From assembly GCA_903813345.2 (NCBI GenBank), contig CAIIXF020000001.1, positions 7,564,001 to 7,628,000 of the forward strand: DNA of 64,000 bases, in the 5' to 3' direction. The position numbers and the translations under genes are program-made. Below are positions 24,373-37,287 of the stretch, piece after piece (the stretch's first letter is position 1; the number at the start of each line of letters is the position of its first letter). The notes beneath the pieces were generated by a model that worked only from the letters and a program-made list of their open reading frames with translations, ran no database searches and was not told where the DNA came from. Source of the DNA: Owenia fusiformis. Its lineage: Eukaryota.

Positions 24373-25269
24373 TTTATTTATTTATTTATTTATTTATTTA
24401 TTACAGTGTCACCCGTAATTATACGGCCAGCCTCCAAAGGCTTATGAGACACAATTACAATCATATTATAAGCAGATAAGTCAGAATTAACACTTACTTT
24501 AATCTATCTTTAGCCTCCAAAGACAAAAGCAAAAAATTTGAAACATATTTACAGAGTGATTTAGAATTCAATAAGTTCATTGTTTTCTTTTCATTATCAC
24601 AAGACTCAAATAGATCATATATACCTTTTACTTTACAAAACATTTCCTCTCTTAATTTATGATTAACTTTACACTTGAATAAAAAATGAAACTCATCACC
24701 TATTTCATTCTTACATTGCCTACAATATCTCTCTTGACTTGGTATATTCTGCCACCTACCCGTTTCAATCTCCAAAGGTAAAGTGCCAGATCGAAATTTA
24801 GCTAAAACAGATCTTTGTTTTCTACTCAAAAAATTACAAAATAAATATTCAGACCTTTGAAAAGATAATTTAAAGCTCTTATAAAAAGTCAATTTTCTTT
24901 TTTCCCTAATTGTCTCCAACCATTGAGTTTCATGTAATTTCATTAATTTTCCTTTCATTTGATTCACAAATTTTTTAAAATCTTTACATTTTTTCATATC
25001 ATCATACATATTCAGCATGTCAACACTTTTACATATGCTCTGGATTTCTTCGTTCCAGGTAAAATCACATTTCAATTTGGCTAAGCTTAAATCCCATCTA
25101 AATGCTTTCTTTGCCATATTGGCCTCTTCACAATTAACAACTAATCTATACAATAATCGAATACCTTCTATATAATGTCTTATATAATTTGGGGTCCATC
25201 CACACTCGCCTTCTAAAAAGCTGATAGGGCATTTTTTACTATTATAAGCTTCAAGGACAGGAGAAGATA
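24373..25269 (-). mobile_element. 5'-truncated LINE (3' end of ORF2, 3'UTR and (TAAA)n tail)
   Basis: Minus-strand ORF ending at 24494 with LAKFRSGTLPLEIETGRW...C..C...DEFHFLFKC; (TTTA)n at about 24371-24402. Confidence 0.88.
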
Positions 25270-28184
25270 TTCCTTTGTTCATTTAAATGCATTGCAAATA
25301 TTTTCTAATACCAGTTGTAGGCCTATATTATAAGCTTCAAGGACAGGAGAAGATATTCCTTTGTTCATTTAAATGCATTGCAAATATTTTCTAACACCAG
25401 TAGTAGGCCTATATTATAAGCTTCAAGGATAGGAGAAGATATTCCTTTGTTCAGTTGTTCATTTAAATGCATTGCAAATATTTTCTAACACCAGTAGTAG
25501 GCCTATATTATAAGCTTCAAGGACAGGAGAAGATATTCCTTTGTTCATTTAAATGCATTGCAAATATTTTCTAACACCAGTAGTAGGCCTATATTATAAG
25601 CTTCAAGGACAGGAGAAGATATTCCTTTGTTCATTTAAATGCATTGCAAATATTTTCTAATACCAGTTGTAGGCCTATATTATAAGCTTCAAGGACAGGA
25701 GAAGATATTCCTTTGTTCATTTAAATGCATTGCAAATATTTTCTAACACCAGTAGTAGGCCTATATTATAAGCTTCAAGGATAGGAGAAGATATTCCTTT
25801 GTTCAGTTGTTCATTTAAATGCATTGCAAATATTTTCTAACACCAGTAGTAGGCCTATATTATAAGCTTCAAGGACAGGAGAAGATATTCCTTTGTTCAT
25901 TTAAATGCATTGCAAATATTTTCTAACACCAGTAGTAGGCCTATATTATAAGCTTCAAGGACAGGAGAAGATATTCCTTTGTTCATTTAAATGCATTGCA
26001 AATATTTTCTAACACCAGTAGTAGGCCTATATTATAAGCTTCAACAACAGGAGAAGATATTCCTTTGTTCATTTAAATGCATTGCAAATATTTTCTAATA
26101 CCAGTTGTAGGCCTATATTATAAGCTTCAAGGACGGGAGAAGATATTCCTTTGTTCATTTAAATGCATTGCAAATATTTTCTAACACCAGTAGTAGGCCT
26201 ATATTATATATGGTTGGCCTATTAGTATAAAGAATGCATGCGTTGTTTACGGGTGTGTAGGCGTTAATTACGCTCGTGTAGATGTAAAATTACGCCCGTG
26301 CTGACGAAAAATTACGCCTGTGTAGGCGTAAATTACGCCCGTGAAGAAGTAAATTCTACGGGCGTTCAGAATACATTTACAGGCGTGAACTTACGGCGTT
26401 AAAATTATTAATTACGGGCGTTAAGACTGTTACTTTACACGCGCTGAGAAACATCTTCACGCCCGTCGAGTTCATTTTAGCGCCGTGAATTATGAACCAA
26501 CCAGCATCTTGCTTACATGATGATACGATGCATTATAGCTAAAAGTACAACTCCAAGATCCTTGTGCAAGTTAATAACATACTCATGATTGTGCCAGGAA
26601 CAACTGTTGCAATTGGAGGCATATGAAATATTATTTCTTTTCTGGGTATCTCGGTGCACTATTTGTGCAAATGTGAAAGATTTACATCGTATATTAAATG
26701 AGTTATGTATTCCTGGAAATAACATGTGACATATAAAGACGGCTGCATAAAGATTCCAAAAAGTACACATCTCCCTAACACCAAATTTGAACATATGTTG
26801 GCTAGGTATTTGACATTTTCAGTACATTTTCAAAAAATGCCAGATCTGCAGGATATAGTCTAGAGTCAATTTGCAGTTGATTAGATACTATAATTCTAGT
26901 ATCTGGACACATCCTTTAGAGGGATACATTAGCGATCTGACTGTATAATGAGACCGTAAGCTGCAATGCGTGTGAGCTTAATAAGTCCCTACCTAGCCTA
27001 CCTCTGAAGCCGACGCCTAGATTGGAGAATTATCCAAAAATCATCGTATTTAGAAACCAAACATGTATACCTTCTCAAAATACTCTGCAATTTTGTCGTT
27101 TCTACAATGGGTGTTGATAACTGCCAACACAGTACATGTCTCTTCAATTTGCCTTTTAATATAATTTGCTCTAAAAAAATGAATACTTCTTTGGTTAAAT
27201 CTAGTTCAATCTTGAACGAATATTTAAGGACCTCAATGCAACACACTAAAATGTAAGCAGGCTTCTGATTGTTGTTTACTAGCGCAAGTATCTCGGAGTT
27301 GCTCTTTTAGCAAGGATGCATTAAATCATCATGTAAGTAAGGTTCTGATTGGTTCATAATTTACGGCGCTAAAAATAAACTCCACGGGCGTGAAGATGTT
27401 TCTCAGCGCGTGTAAAATAACAGTCTTAACGCCCGTAATTAATAATTTTAACGCCGTAAGTTCACATGTAAATGTATTCTGCACGCCCGTAGAATTTACT
27501 TCTTCACGGGCGTAATTTACGCCTACACAGGCGTAATTTTTCGTCAGCACGGGCGTAATTTTACATCTACACGAGCGTAATTAACGCCTACACACCCGTA
27601 AACAACGCATGCATTCTTTATACTAATAGGCCAACCATATATTATAAGCTTCAAGGACAGGAGAAGATATTCCTTTGTTCATTTAAATGCATTGCAAATA
27701 TTTTCTAACACCAGTAGTAGGCCTATATTATAAGCTTCAAGGACAGGAGAAGATATTCCTTTGTTCATTTAAATGCATTGCAAATATTTTCTAACACCAG
27801 TAGTAGGCCTATATTATAAGCTTCAAGGACAGGAGAAGATATTCCTTTGTTCATTTAAATGCATTGCAAATATTTTCTAACACCAGTAGTAGGCCTATAT
27901 TATAAGCTTCAACGACAGGAGAAGATATTCCTTTGTTCATTTAAATGCATTGCAAATATTTTCTAATACCAGTTGTAGGCCTATATTATAAGTTTCAAGG
28001 ACGGGAGAAGATATTCCTTTGTTCATTTAAATGCATTGCAAATATTTTCTAACACCAGTAGTAGGCCTATATTATAAGCTTCAACGACAGGAGAAGATAT
28101 TCCTTTGTTCATTTAAATGCATTGCAAATATTTTCTAATACCAGTTGTAGGCCTATATTATAAGCTTCAAGGACAGGAGAAGAT
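25241..28184. repeat. 86-bp tandem satellite, ~17 units, split by a DNA transposon
   Basis: Unit ATTATAAGCTTCAAGGACAGGAGAAGATATTCCTTTG...AGGCCTAT. There are 11 units before 26209 and about 6.3 after 27640, including two 94-bp variants. Confidence 0.95.
26209..27639. mobile_element. 1.43-kb non-autonomous foldback element with ~315-bp internally repetitive TIRs
   Basis: TATGGTTGGCCTATTAG / CTAATAGGCCAACCATA, TTACGCC subrepeats, and a 7-9-bp TSD ((TA)TATTATA). The empty site is given by the neighbouring satellite units. Confidence 0.9.
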
Positions 28185-29040
28185 CATTATAAATTTGACA
28201 TGATATCCTTAGTTTATTTTTGCTTACGCTATTATTCTAGTTGACTAACATTTTTGCAGTTGGATTATTGATTTTGAAGCAAAAAATGATCCTCTTTCTG
28301 ACCTAATTTTCAGTTTGCACCAAAGAAAACATATTTGAACTGAAATTCTTCCATTTCAATTCCACTTTTCCTTTGTTCAGCTTAGACCTAGTAAGTTGTA
28401 TTTATTTTCTATATATAGTGTTAGATACCCACATACATGTAGTTGCTGCAAATCATAATTGATTATTTTAAATAGCAATAATATTTTACATTATTTTTGC
28501 AATGCTGCAGATTGTTTGCTGGCTCTAGCTATCTAACTGAAGTTCTAATCATAATTCAGTGCCTCTGTTCTGATGCCTTCATCACAAATTACCTATAAAC
28601 CTACATTTTAGCTTCTAATTGGTATACTGCAAGAACATTCAAGCATGAATAAAACTCTGCATATTATAAGCTTAATTAACTAAAGGTCAGCATGGGTAAA
28701 CAAAACTAAAAGGACCTGTCCAATTTTATATGCCATTTTAAGCAAAACAAGCTTAAGCTTACTGCACCAATTTCAAACTCCTTTTCTATGCTTTAAACTT
28801 CATTTAGTTCTTACATGTAAATCAAATTATTTCATAATTTTCATTTACAGAACATATAATTGACCGTCACTCGATGCCCAATGCATAGCAAATCATTTGG
28901 TCAGTTGGAGAAATCAGATTTAGATAAGTTTATGGTATCCCCGTGATGGTACATGTAACTTATGAAATGCATTTACATTTCGATTGATTGACTGCAATGA
29001 GACGAGGGAATAGAAATGGTTTCAAATGACAGGTAAACAC

Positions 29041-29075
29041 AACCAACCAACCAGCCAACCAACCAACCAATCAAC
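29041..29075. repeat. (AACC)n microsatellite
   Basis: Seen directly. Confidence 0.8.
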
Positions 29076-29520
29076 TAATATTTAGTTCAGATGAAGGTTC
29101 CTGGCGATAGATATACAAATGAAATTGCATGTACACATAAATTTAAACATCAGACTACATGGTGTCGTAGGAAGCTACAATTCCACTTAGGTGGGTGGCG
29201 GAAACATCAGAGACATGTGCTTATGAATTACATCATATGGTCAAATATTTGGACAAACATAAGTGCCATCTACTTCTTCAACATAAGTACATGTAGTAAT
29301 GATTCAAGCTGACACAAGATCTCTTTTTACCCAGACTTTTCTAAGGATTTTTGCCATAATAGTCATGGTATGACTGCAGAATGGCACACTAAGGTTTCAC
29401 TCAGAACACTCCCAAAAAGTAATTAAACATGTTAACGATTTGTTCTGTATATAGATTCGTTTTGTTTGAAAATCTTTAACTTACAACCTAGACATTAATA
29501 TGCCTCTGGTTTTGCCATAG

Positions 29521-29661
29521 TTGATGCATCCAGAAGATGAGGACCAGGTCTCTACAGTAAAGAGCAAGGTACTGGAGAGAGTAGCTGTTGAGTCTTCCTC
29601 ATTTCATTCTTCTGGTAGAGTTTGGGATGATGGCATTATCTTGCCTCAGGACACCAGAAAG
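29521..29661 (+). CDS. MCCC2-like: MCCC2-like exon 10 (LMHPEDEDQ...SSGRVWDDGIILPQDTRK)
   Basis: CCATAG acceptor, GTAGGG donor, R.WDDGII.P.DTR motif. Lies 18.3 kb after exon 9. Confidence 0.92.
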
Positions 29662-31135
29662 GTAGGGCATCATCGTGTATTTTAATACATGGTAGTCTTT
29701 ATACCTAATCTGTCTGTCAGGAAAAAAGTCAGGAAATTTAAACCGGCAAAATGATAGTTTCTCGGTTGTTAATATATTAGCTGTCTCAAATATGAAAGCT
29801 TGGAAAATTATTTGCCTCTCAAGTGGCATAATAGTTGTAAATATGCACCATTTTTGGAATCACCCATTTCAAAACTGGCGATTGTTTGAATAAATACTGA
29901 CATCCATTTTATGGGGGTCCATACTGATAATTTACACCATTGGGCTAGATCTTTTTCCCATTTTGGAGAAATCAGCTATTTGTTGCAGATGTCACATTTT
30001 TCACATTATTCAAGTCTGTATTTTAGTGTTTCCAAAACAGATAATAATGTAACAAATCTGATTAGTTGACTTAATTTATCCTTTTTTGCAATGTTACTCA
30101 TAATGATTTCATGATGAAATAATTCTATTGAACAACTTCAATTATCCTATTGTATTATACTAGTATAATAGGTTATGCCTATCCATAATATACATGTATA
30201 TATATTTTTTTAAAAAGCTTTTTACTTGCTTCCTAGATAAAGTATTTGAGTACAGGGAATCACCATGTGAGCCCACTGAAGACTGAATGGTGTAATTCTT
30301 CTTGATATAATATTTAGTGTTTTTATGACCCAAGCTTTAGACTGAGCCTTTTTGACTTAAACACTGAAGTTGATTCTTAATATGTGACATCACATCACCC
30401 AGGTCTAATCTAATTTTTCAAAGAAATAAAACTCTTCTTGACTTGATATAAGCCAAAAGATATCAATGCCCCACCACACAAGGCACACAAGGCCATCCTG
30501 TTAACTAGTACAGTGGATGAGTTGGGACAGCCACAACTTGAACATGCCCCATATTCACCCAATTCTTTTACTTACATCAAAATGGAAGCAAAGTGATATC
30601 AAACTTCAAATGATTTAAGAAATGATGTGGGAGCATTCCAAAAATGAGTTATCATGGATTTTGAGATCTGTTTGCTGAGTGGGTACTACATGTCTGATGG
30701 AAAATATGTTTCTACTAAAACAAATAATTTGCCCATAATTTGATGAAACTTTCTTTTATGGTACTATGTATGTTTATTGCCATCTATATAATAGAGATAC
30801 ATGTTTACATATTATGTAACTTCTTAGAAAAAACAATATTTACTAACAAACGACCCTTGTTTCTTGACGAATGCCTAGCTACCACATTGGCACATGCCTC
30901 CAATCTAGATAGTACTTAACACTCTTGACACTAACATTGACAAACACCAATACAAGATATTATGAAACTGTATCTTCCCTATTGTTGGGACAGATTACGG
31001 AGCCAATGAAGCAAAATTGAAAATAGAACATAGCTGATCGTACCCTACTCCAAGGTTGGTACGTTTGGGCTAATAATGTCATATTTAGTGGACAAGGGTG
31101 GCCCCCTGCTAGGTCCATGTTCCTCCCTAAGACTA

Positions 31136-31330
31136 AGCTTGTATTTGTGAATGCAACTTTCAGCTGTTGGTCGGGGGCTGTGGCCTACCGGTTTAACATA
31201 CTATTTTATGACCAACTCATTAGAATATGAGTGGAATAGTGGTACATTAATATTTAAATGAGTTGGCCATAAAATAGTAGGTTATGAACCGGTAACCCAC
31301 AGGCATTAGTTGCATTCGCGAATACAAACT
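31136..31330. mobile_element. Short palindromic MITE-like element
   Basis: AGCTTGTATTTGTGAATGCAACT / AGTTGCATTCGCGAATACAAACT, plus an inner IR. Confidence 0.5.
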
Positions 31331-31631
31331 AACCCTTTCTGCTGAATAAAATTACATTAAGTTAATTTGAACCACATGAGTACTTTCCTCAAGCAGAGAC
31401 ATATAAAACTGCCCCAAGGTTGGTACCACAGTATGGAACCTATGAAATTATGGAATGTTATCATGCGATAGAAATATACAAGATATGTAGATTAAAGGGT
31501 GGTGTTGGTGGTACCTTTATCAGATGTAATTTTAAAATGTATACTGTATATATATAATACAAACATACAACAAGAAAAATTTTCAATAGTTACACAGTTA
31601 GGTATAATTGTTTGTCTTTGTATGCTTTCAG

Positions 31632-31721
31632 GTTCTGGCACAGTGCCTCAGTATTGTGACATTAAACATGGACAAGCAAAATTCATTCAGTAACACTAGA
31701 GACCCAATTTTCAAGATGTGA
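31632..31721 (+). CDS. MCCC2-like: MCCC2-like exon 11, terminal (VLAQCLSIV...DPIFKM*)
   Basis: TTTCAG acceptor and TGA at 31719-31721. The C-terminus resembles the MCC-beta ...IFRM end. Confidence 0.85.
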   Translation, partial: VLAQCLSIVTLNMDKQNSFSNTRDPIFKM

Positions 31722-34027
31722 TGTTTTTATGTTTTTTTTAACGAAAGAGATGTATGTCCAATGTAAAACAAATTCCAGTGACGTAGCCAGGAAGAAAAAA
31801 GCGACGAGGCGAATAATATCCAAAATGGCGGCTATTTGACTCAGTCAGAAATATGAACCTAAAGTTAGGTAAAACACCATAAAAATATGAACTTGGTTCG
31901 ATGGTGACAATCAAAGAACACGAAGATAACCGAGTAATAGAATATGCACAATTGAATAAAACAATTACATGTACCTTGATAGGGGAATATTTCTCAAAGT
32001 AGGGCTTTGCTAGAGAATTCATTGCGACTGAGCAGGAATAATTGAAAAAGTTCAACAATTTGACATTCAGGGAGTCCTATGACTATCATCTTGTTGTCTT
32101 TCCGGGTAACTGAATTCCAGATAAACGGGAACTTCCAATCAGATATCAGTATTACAGCTGTATCTCTTCAGAGAACGTATTGACTATAATGTTTGGTTGT
32201 GTATTAAAAACAGATGAAGCCTACACAAGGGTGATGTTGAAAATATGAAAATCGATGATTTAATGTTATGTTTGAAGATAAATGTGACAATTTGTGTCTA
32301 TAGCCATAAACAATAGATAACATCTCAGATAAGATGCAAGTTTGATACACAAAATTAATAACTATCCTATGTTTGGGTGCAATGTGTACATATTATTTAG
32401 TTTTTACAAGTATACTGTCAATTATATTTTGTTAATTTGAAGTTCACCTCAATTTTAGGATTACCAAAGAATTATTAATGACGTCAAAGAAAATTTCATC
32501 ATTTTATTTTCTGTTTAGTAAATCTTAAGCCTTCAAATCAAATAGCTGCCATTATTCAAGAAATAGCTAAATTGAGTAATATTAAATTAAGATAATTTAC
32601 AGTATACTATATACTTGTATTACGTAACTGTTGAATTCAGAGACTGTGTTATTAACACGTCATGCATTTATAAACTTGTGAATTGGGTAGACATACAACA
32701 CAGTGTACAGGTGTATGACTGCTGGCCATGTCATGAACATGTATATATTAATTATGTATGGAACATCTGTTAGTTTGTCTGCACATCTTGCTCAAAAATA
32801 TTTTCATAAAACTACCCCTTGTTTATCAAATAAAGAGAATGATATGTCATAACAAAAATGCCTATAAATAGTTAAATTATGTTTTTATCCCAAGTGTTCT
32901 GTCTCATAAAAATAACCACCATTAAAAGCAAATTGCAATACAAAAAGACAGTACTGCGCAATTACTGAAAGAAAGTCACCAAAAAGGTCCAAAACTAAGC
33001 ACTCCGGTAATAACTTCTGTCAGGACTTAATAATTCTTTGTCAATGCTTTTGTCATAAGAACACTGCATCCAGCATTGCATATGTCACAATTGTGACGAC
33101 ATTGCTCCTCATATACCAGATTCCTGTTACCATAACAACCATAACCTTTTAATTTTGAAGTTCTATGTCTTGACAGTTGCTGGATGAATTTTTGTAATAT
33201 CATTCTACAATCTTTAGCAATTTCATCTCTGCTTATGGCATCATTTCAAGAAAATAACATTTATGAATAGACTCCCAGGGATTAACTTGGAGTTATGAAA
33301 TGTACAATTTGAACTCTCATTCAGTCTTAAATTGTTTTTTATTTATGTCAAAAGCAATATTATTATTGTAACAACAGAAAAATATCAATTAAGATTAATG
33401 AATGCTTGTTATGTAATGAATTTACTTATGTCCAGGCACATATGTTTTGTTTACTTAAGAACATCATTATGGTGACAAGAAAAAATAAGATTATTATTTT
33501 AAAAAAACCTTAATCAAATGAATGATGTTAATGTTTTATATAAATTACCTTATTTGTAGGCACCTATGTTTTGGTTACATGTAAACATGTGTTTCAACAG
33601 ACTTTTTGGCAATAAACTGCCATGGGAACAAATTGGATGACCTCAACGAGGACATGGGTAACTAAGGCAACAGCATTCCTGTTCCTCTGCTTTAAATATT
33701 GAAAAATAGAAGTTTGATATACATGTACCATTGATGATACTATTATGTATATGGAAGTAATTCAGAAATGACTCGAATAATGGCAACTTTCTGAACAAGC
33801 ATTTTTGATAAATTGATGCAAGAGAAAACTAAGACAAAAAACGTGATTTTTGTCAAAATTCCAGAAGATTCCATTATTGAAAGCGTCTTTCTAAATGAAG
33901 GGATTGCATTTTTGTAAGAAGAAAATCAGACACGTGTGTAATCTGATATCAACCCTGCTGACATATTTAATGTTGCCTATATCACGGTGACTATCCAGGC
34001 CCTGTATATCGCGAGCAAGTTCCCTCT

Positions 34028-34259
34028 GACATCGCAAGCAATGAGCTCATGCTAGAAGTGGGGCCTTGAGAGATATGATATTAAAATATAGTTATAGTTG
34101 AAGAACATCATTGCCCTGCAATTGAAATAGCCATTGTACTATGAAATAAAGTGGTACAGAGTTTCACTAACTAACGTTTCATAGAAAATTTCATAGTTCA
34201 ATTCTATCATATCTCTAAAGGCCCCGCTTCTAACACGAGCTCATCGCTCACAATGTCAG
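34028..34259. mobile_element. Decayed inverted-repeat element
   Basis: CTGACATCGCAAGCAATGAGCTCATGCTAGAAGTGGGGCC is mirrored by GGCCCCGCTTCTAACACGAGCTCATCGCTCACAATGTCAG. Confidence 0.5.
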
Positions 34260-35079
34260 TGGGGCCTGTATAGTCCCTGTGTATATAGTCATCTAGTCGT
34301 ATGTATTCGATATTCATACATAGCTAGGCATGATATAGCACAATCCAGCCAACACAACTTATATAAGATAATAGCCATTCTATATTTTACAACTGATGAA
34401 TGGTTATATTTTAAGACTAGCTAATCCCATCTTTTATCCGAGACCATGCTAAGACGAAAAATGTGATATGGAAGATTCAACCATTGAAAAATTTGTTTTT
34501 TAACTAGGGGGGGGGGGGGCGGGTCATTTTATTTTGAAGAAAATGAGCCAGAAAGAAGTAACATTTATGAAAAGACTCCCAGGGATAAACCCACAGCAAT
34601 GAAATGTAAGATTTTTCACCTGGTCTCTTTCATGATTCATTACAATAAATTGTGTCGGCTATCCATTCTAAATATTGGTTAATTATCTCAACGAAGCAGG
34701 TTTCGTAGGGATATAGTGATGCCCTCTGCTGTACATCTAAAACTTGTGATTTTTTAATAGATACTTTATTACTTGTCATTGACTGTTGACATTTTAGATG
34801 TGGATTGTTTTTGTTGTTTTGTATGTTTTTTGTTATTGTCTTAAATTTTTAGATGTGTTTTTGTGTCGTTGTTTTTGGTTAATTTTCACTGTTGTGTTAA
34901 ATGTTTAAACTTTTGTACTCCATGCTAAATGGGAAATAAAGAAATATGATAATAATATTAAACTGGTTGAAAGCATAAACAATAACATTTGAAAACCAAA
35001 CAACACATCACTCTTTGGATGTCTAATCATGTAATATCTTGTTGAGAACAATTTAGAACTCATATAAATTATAGTTTAA

Positions 35080-35568
35080 AGGCCCACTATGCTTAATTTA
35101 GAAGGAAAAAGATAAAATAATCATTGAAACATGTTATTTACACACTCAATCAAATATGATAGAAAGCTTGATATGCATTGATATTGAACCAAGAAAAAAT
35201 AACTCACATAGAAAACAGCATTTGAAGTTCGGAAATCTTAAATGGTGCATGCACTTTTTTTTACAAAGTGCATGTTTTTGAATAACTCTCGATTTAAAAG
35301 ATGCCGACACTTCTATAAAAGTTAACGAATCATGTACTACAAACAACTTCGCCATCTCTCAGTGACATTTGTAAAAACTTGATATATAACAACTCGACAG
35401 ATCAAAAATATTTTTGATAATTTATTATAAGCTTTGATGTGGTTCTTTTGAGCTGTTTTGATGTCCAATGAAAGATAAAGGTACTTGTCAATCCATTGGG
35501 AAAACTATGAAGTTCAAAAGTAAGTCTTTGTTTTGCCAAAAAATGTTGAAAATATGCATAGTGAGGCT
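35080..35568. mobile_element. Kolobok-type MITE (TTAA TSD), similar in size to a solo LTDR
   Basis: TTAA|AGGCCCACTATGC ... GCATAGTGAGGCT|TTAA. Confidence 0.65.
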
Positions 35569-37287
35569 TTAATATTTTAGATATTATATATTTTGTTCCT
35601 TGGGATTCACTAACCGTGGCGTTGCTGTTTTCTAGTTGAAGTTTTTCTTGGCTAACCAAGTATGTCATATCAATCTTCAGAATGACTTAAAATCTAAGTA
35701 TCTCATGGTTCTTATTCAATAAGTATTGATTCAGTAATCATTTTAAGCAAGTTTTATAGATCAAAAAGATTTATATTAGGATGCCTCCAATTAGAAAAAT
35801 CACTAAATGCTATTTTCATGTTGGTTTCAATAATTGATTTTTCCTTTGCCTTGTACTCATGTTTGCAGATATGCATTCAAGTATTATTTCTTTTATAGCA
35901 CAATCGTAAATTGGATTTTCCAAGTCATTAACGGTGTGTAAAGCTTGCCTAATGCGAGCACTACTCTTATCATGCTAACACGAGAGTTACAACTACGTTC
36001 ACCCCAACCAGTTGATATTTTCCAGTTAAGGAAATGGCCGTGACAACATTTTCTCAATATAATAATAATCTTATTTAATTCAGAATATTTGTGAATCATA
36101 TCTCTGTCATATATATTTATCAAAAATTAAAGAATTATCATTATTCAGGGAAATATGTACATTTTTATGTTTAATTGTTGCTTTTCCGAAAAATGTGAAA
36201 GTGGATTTCTTTTTAAGACAATTTTCACAAAATAATGGTATAATAATCACTATTGAAAATGGTATCTACTTATAAAATAAAAAATGCTCATTCATGGGAG
36301 CTACTGTAATAACTAATATGCACAATAACTTTATGTACAATGTATATGTTGACTTTTTTCATTTTTACTATGCCTATTGTAGATTGATGTGATAGAGTAA
36401 AGTATACTGTAACCTTTAATGTAATGGTACCATTATATTTAAATACAAATGAGTTGTTTTATTGTTGTTTTATTAGCATTGGTTTGAATTGTAAAATAAA
36501 GTGCACGGATCTAAAAAATATATCCAGGAGACATAAATTGGTTGATGCGAGAGACCTATTCATGTACTATTCAGTATCATTTGTGTATGCAACATTAAAC
36601 CATTTGTAACCTATGTTACTTATCATTGCACAATAAGTCAGTTGAGTAGACATGTTTTAAGACACTGTGAACAGTAGGTGAAATAGAGATTTCCCTATGA
36701 TATATGAGAAGTTTGAACAGTTATGAGAGAGTGAAAAGCTGTAGAGCCATCTTGTAATTGCAAAGTGAACACTGACATGCAACCCTCTCTCTCTCTCTCT
36801 TGTACTACTTGCACATACGCCAATGTCAATGTATACACCATCACCACCCGGGGACTACTGTCCCGCTCTCAATACACTTCAAAATGGTGCAGATCCAGCC
36901 AATAAATATCATAGCTTATTTGATTTACCAAAAAGAGGCACGGTTTGGAAAGGTCTATAGTGGAATATTTAATGATTACAAAATCAACTTTTATTTGGAA
37001 ATGGCTGAAAATTTGAATATTATATTTGAAGAGAACCTGTATGTGAGCGTGTGATATTTCGACCGCCGGGGACCACTCTCTTTCGCTCTCAATTCACTTT
37101 CCCAGGGACATAATCAAAAATTATTTTCCGCATACCTTTATTACCTTTATTTACCTTTACCTTTGTTTATACTCAATCGGCCTGTAAACACTACGAATGG
37201 GAGAACTTATCCATAGAGGACCATATAACTCTACACGTTCACGTACAAGTTTTTGATATAACGTGTAACTTATCCTCGCTAATTATA

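Larger units (their letters stand above)
6356..31721 (+). other. MCCC2-like: Gene span: methylcrotonoyl-CoA carboxylase beta chain-like (carboxyltransferase), 11 coding exons, 564 aa
   Basis: Eleven GT-AG exons join in frame to 1695 nt. Motifs include [52 protein letters not shown] and C-terminal IFKM. Confidence 0.9.

Noticed and set aside
25270-25282. ATG start of the 262-aa minus-strand ORF
   Set aside because: The ATG comes from the host-derived part of the satellite unit, not from the LINE.
25241-28184. Possible CRISPR-like array
   Set aside because: The units are contiguous near-identical monomers with no unique spacers, in a eukaryotic intron with no cas genes.
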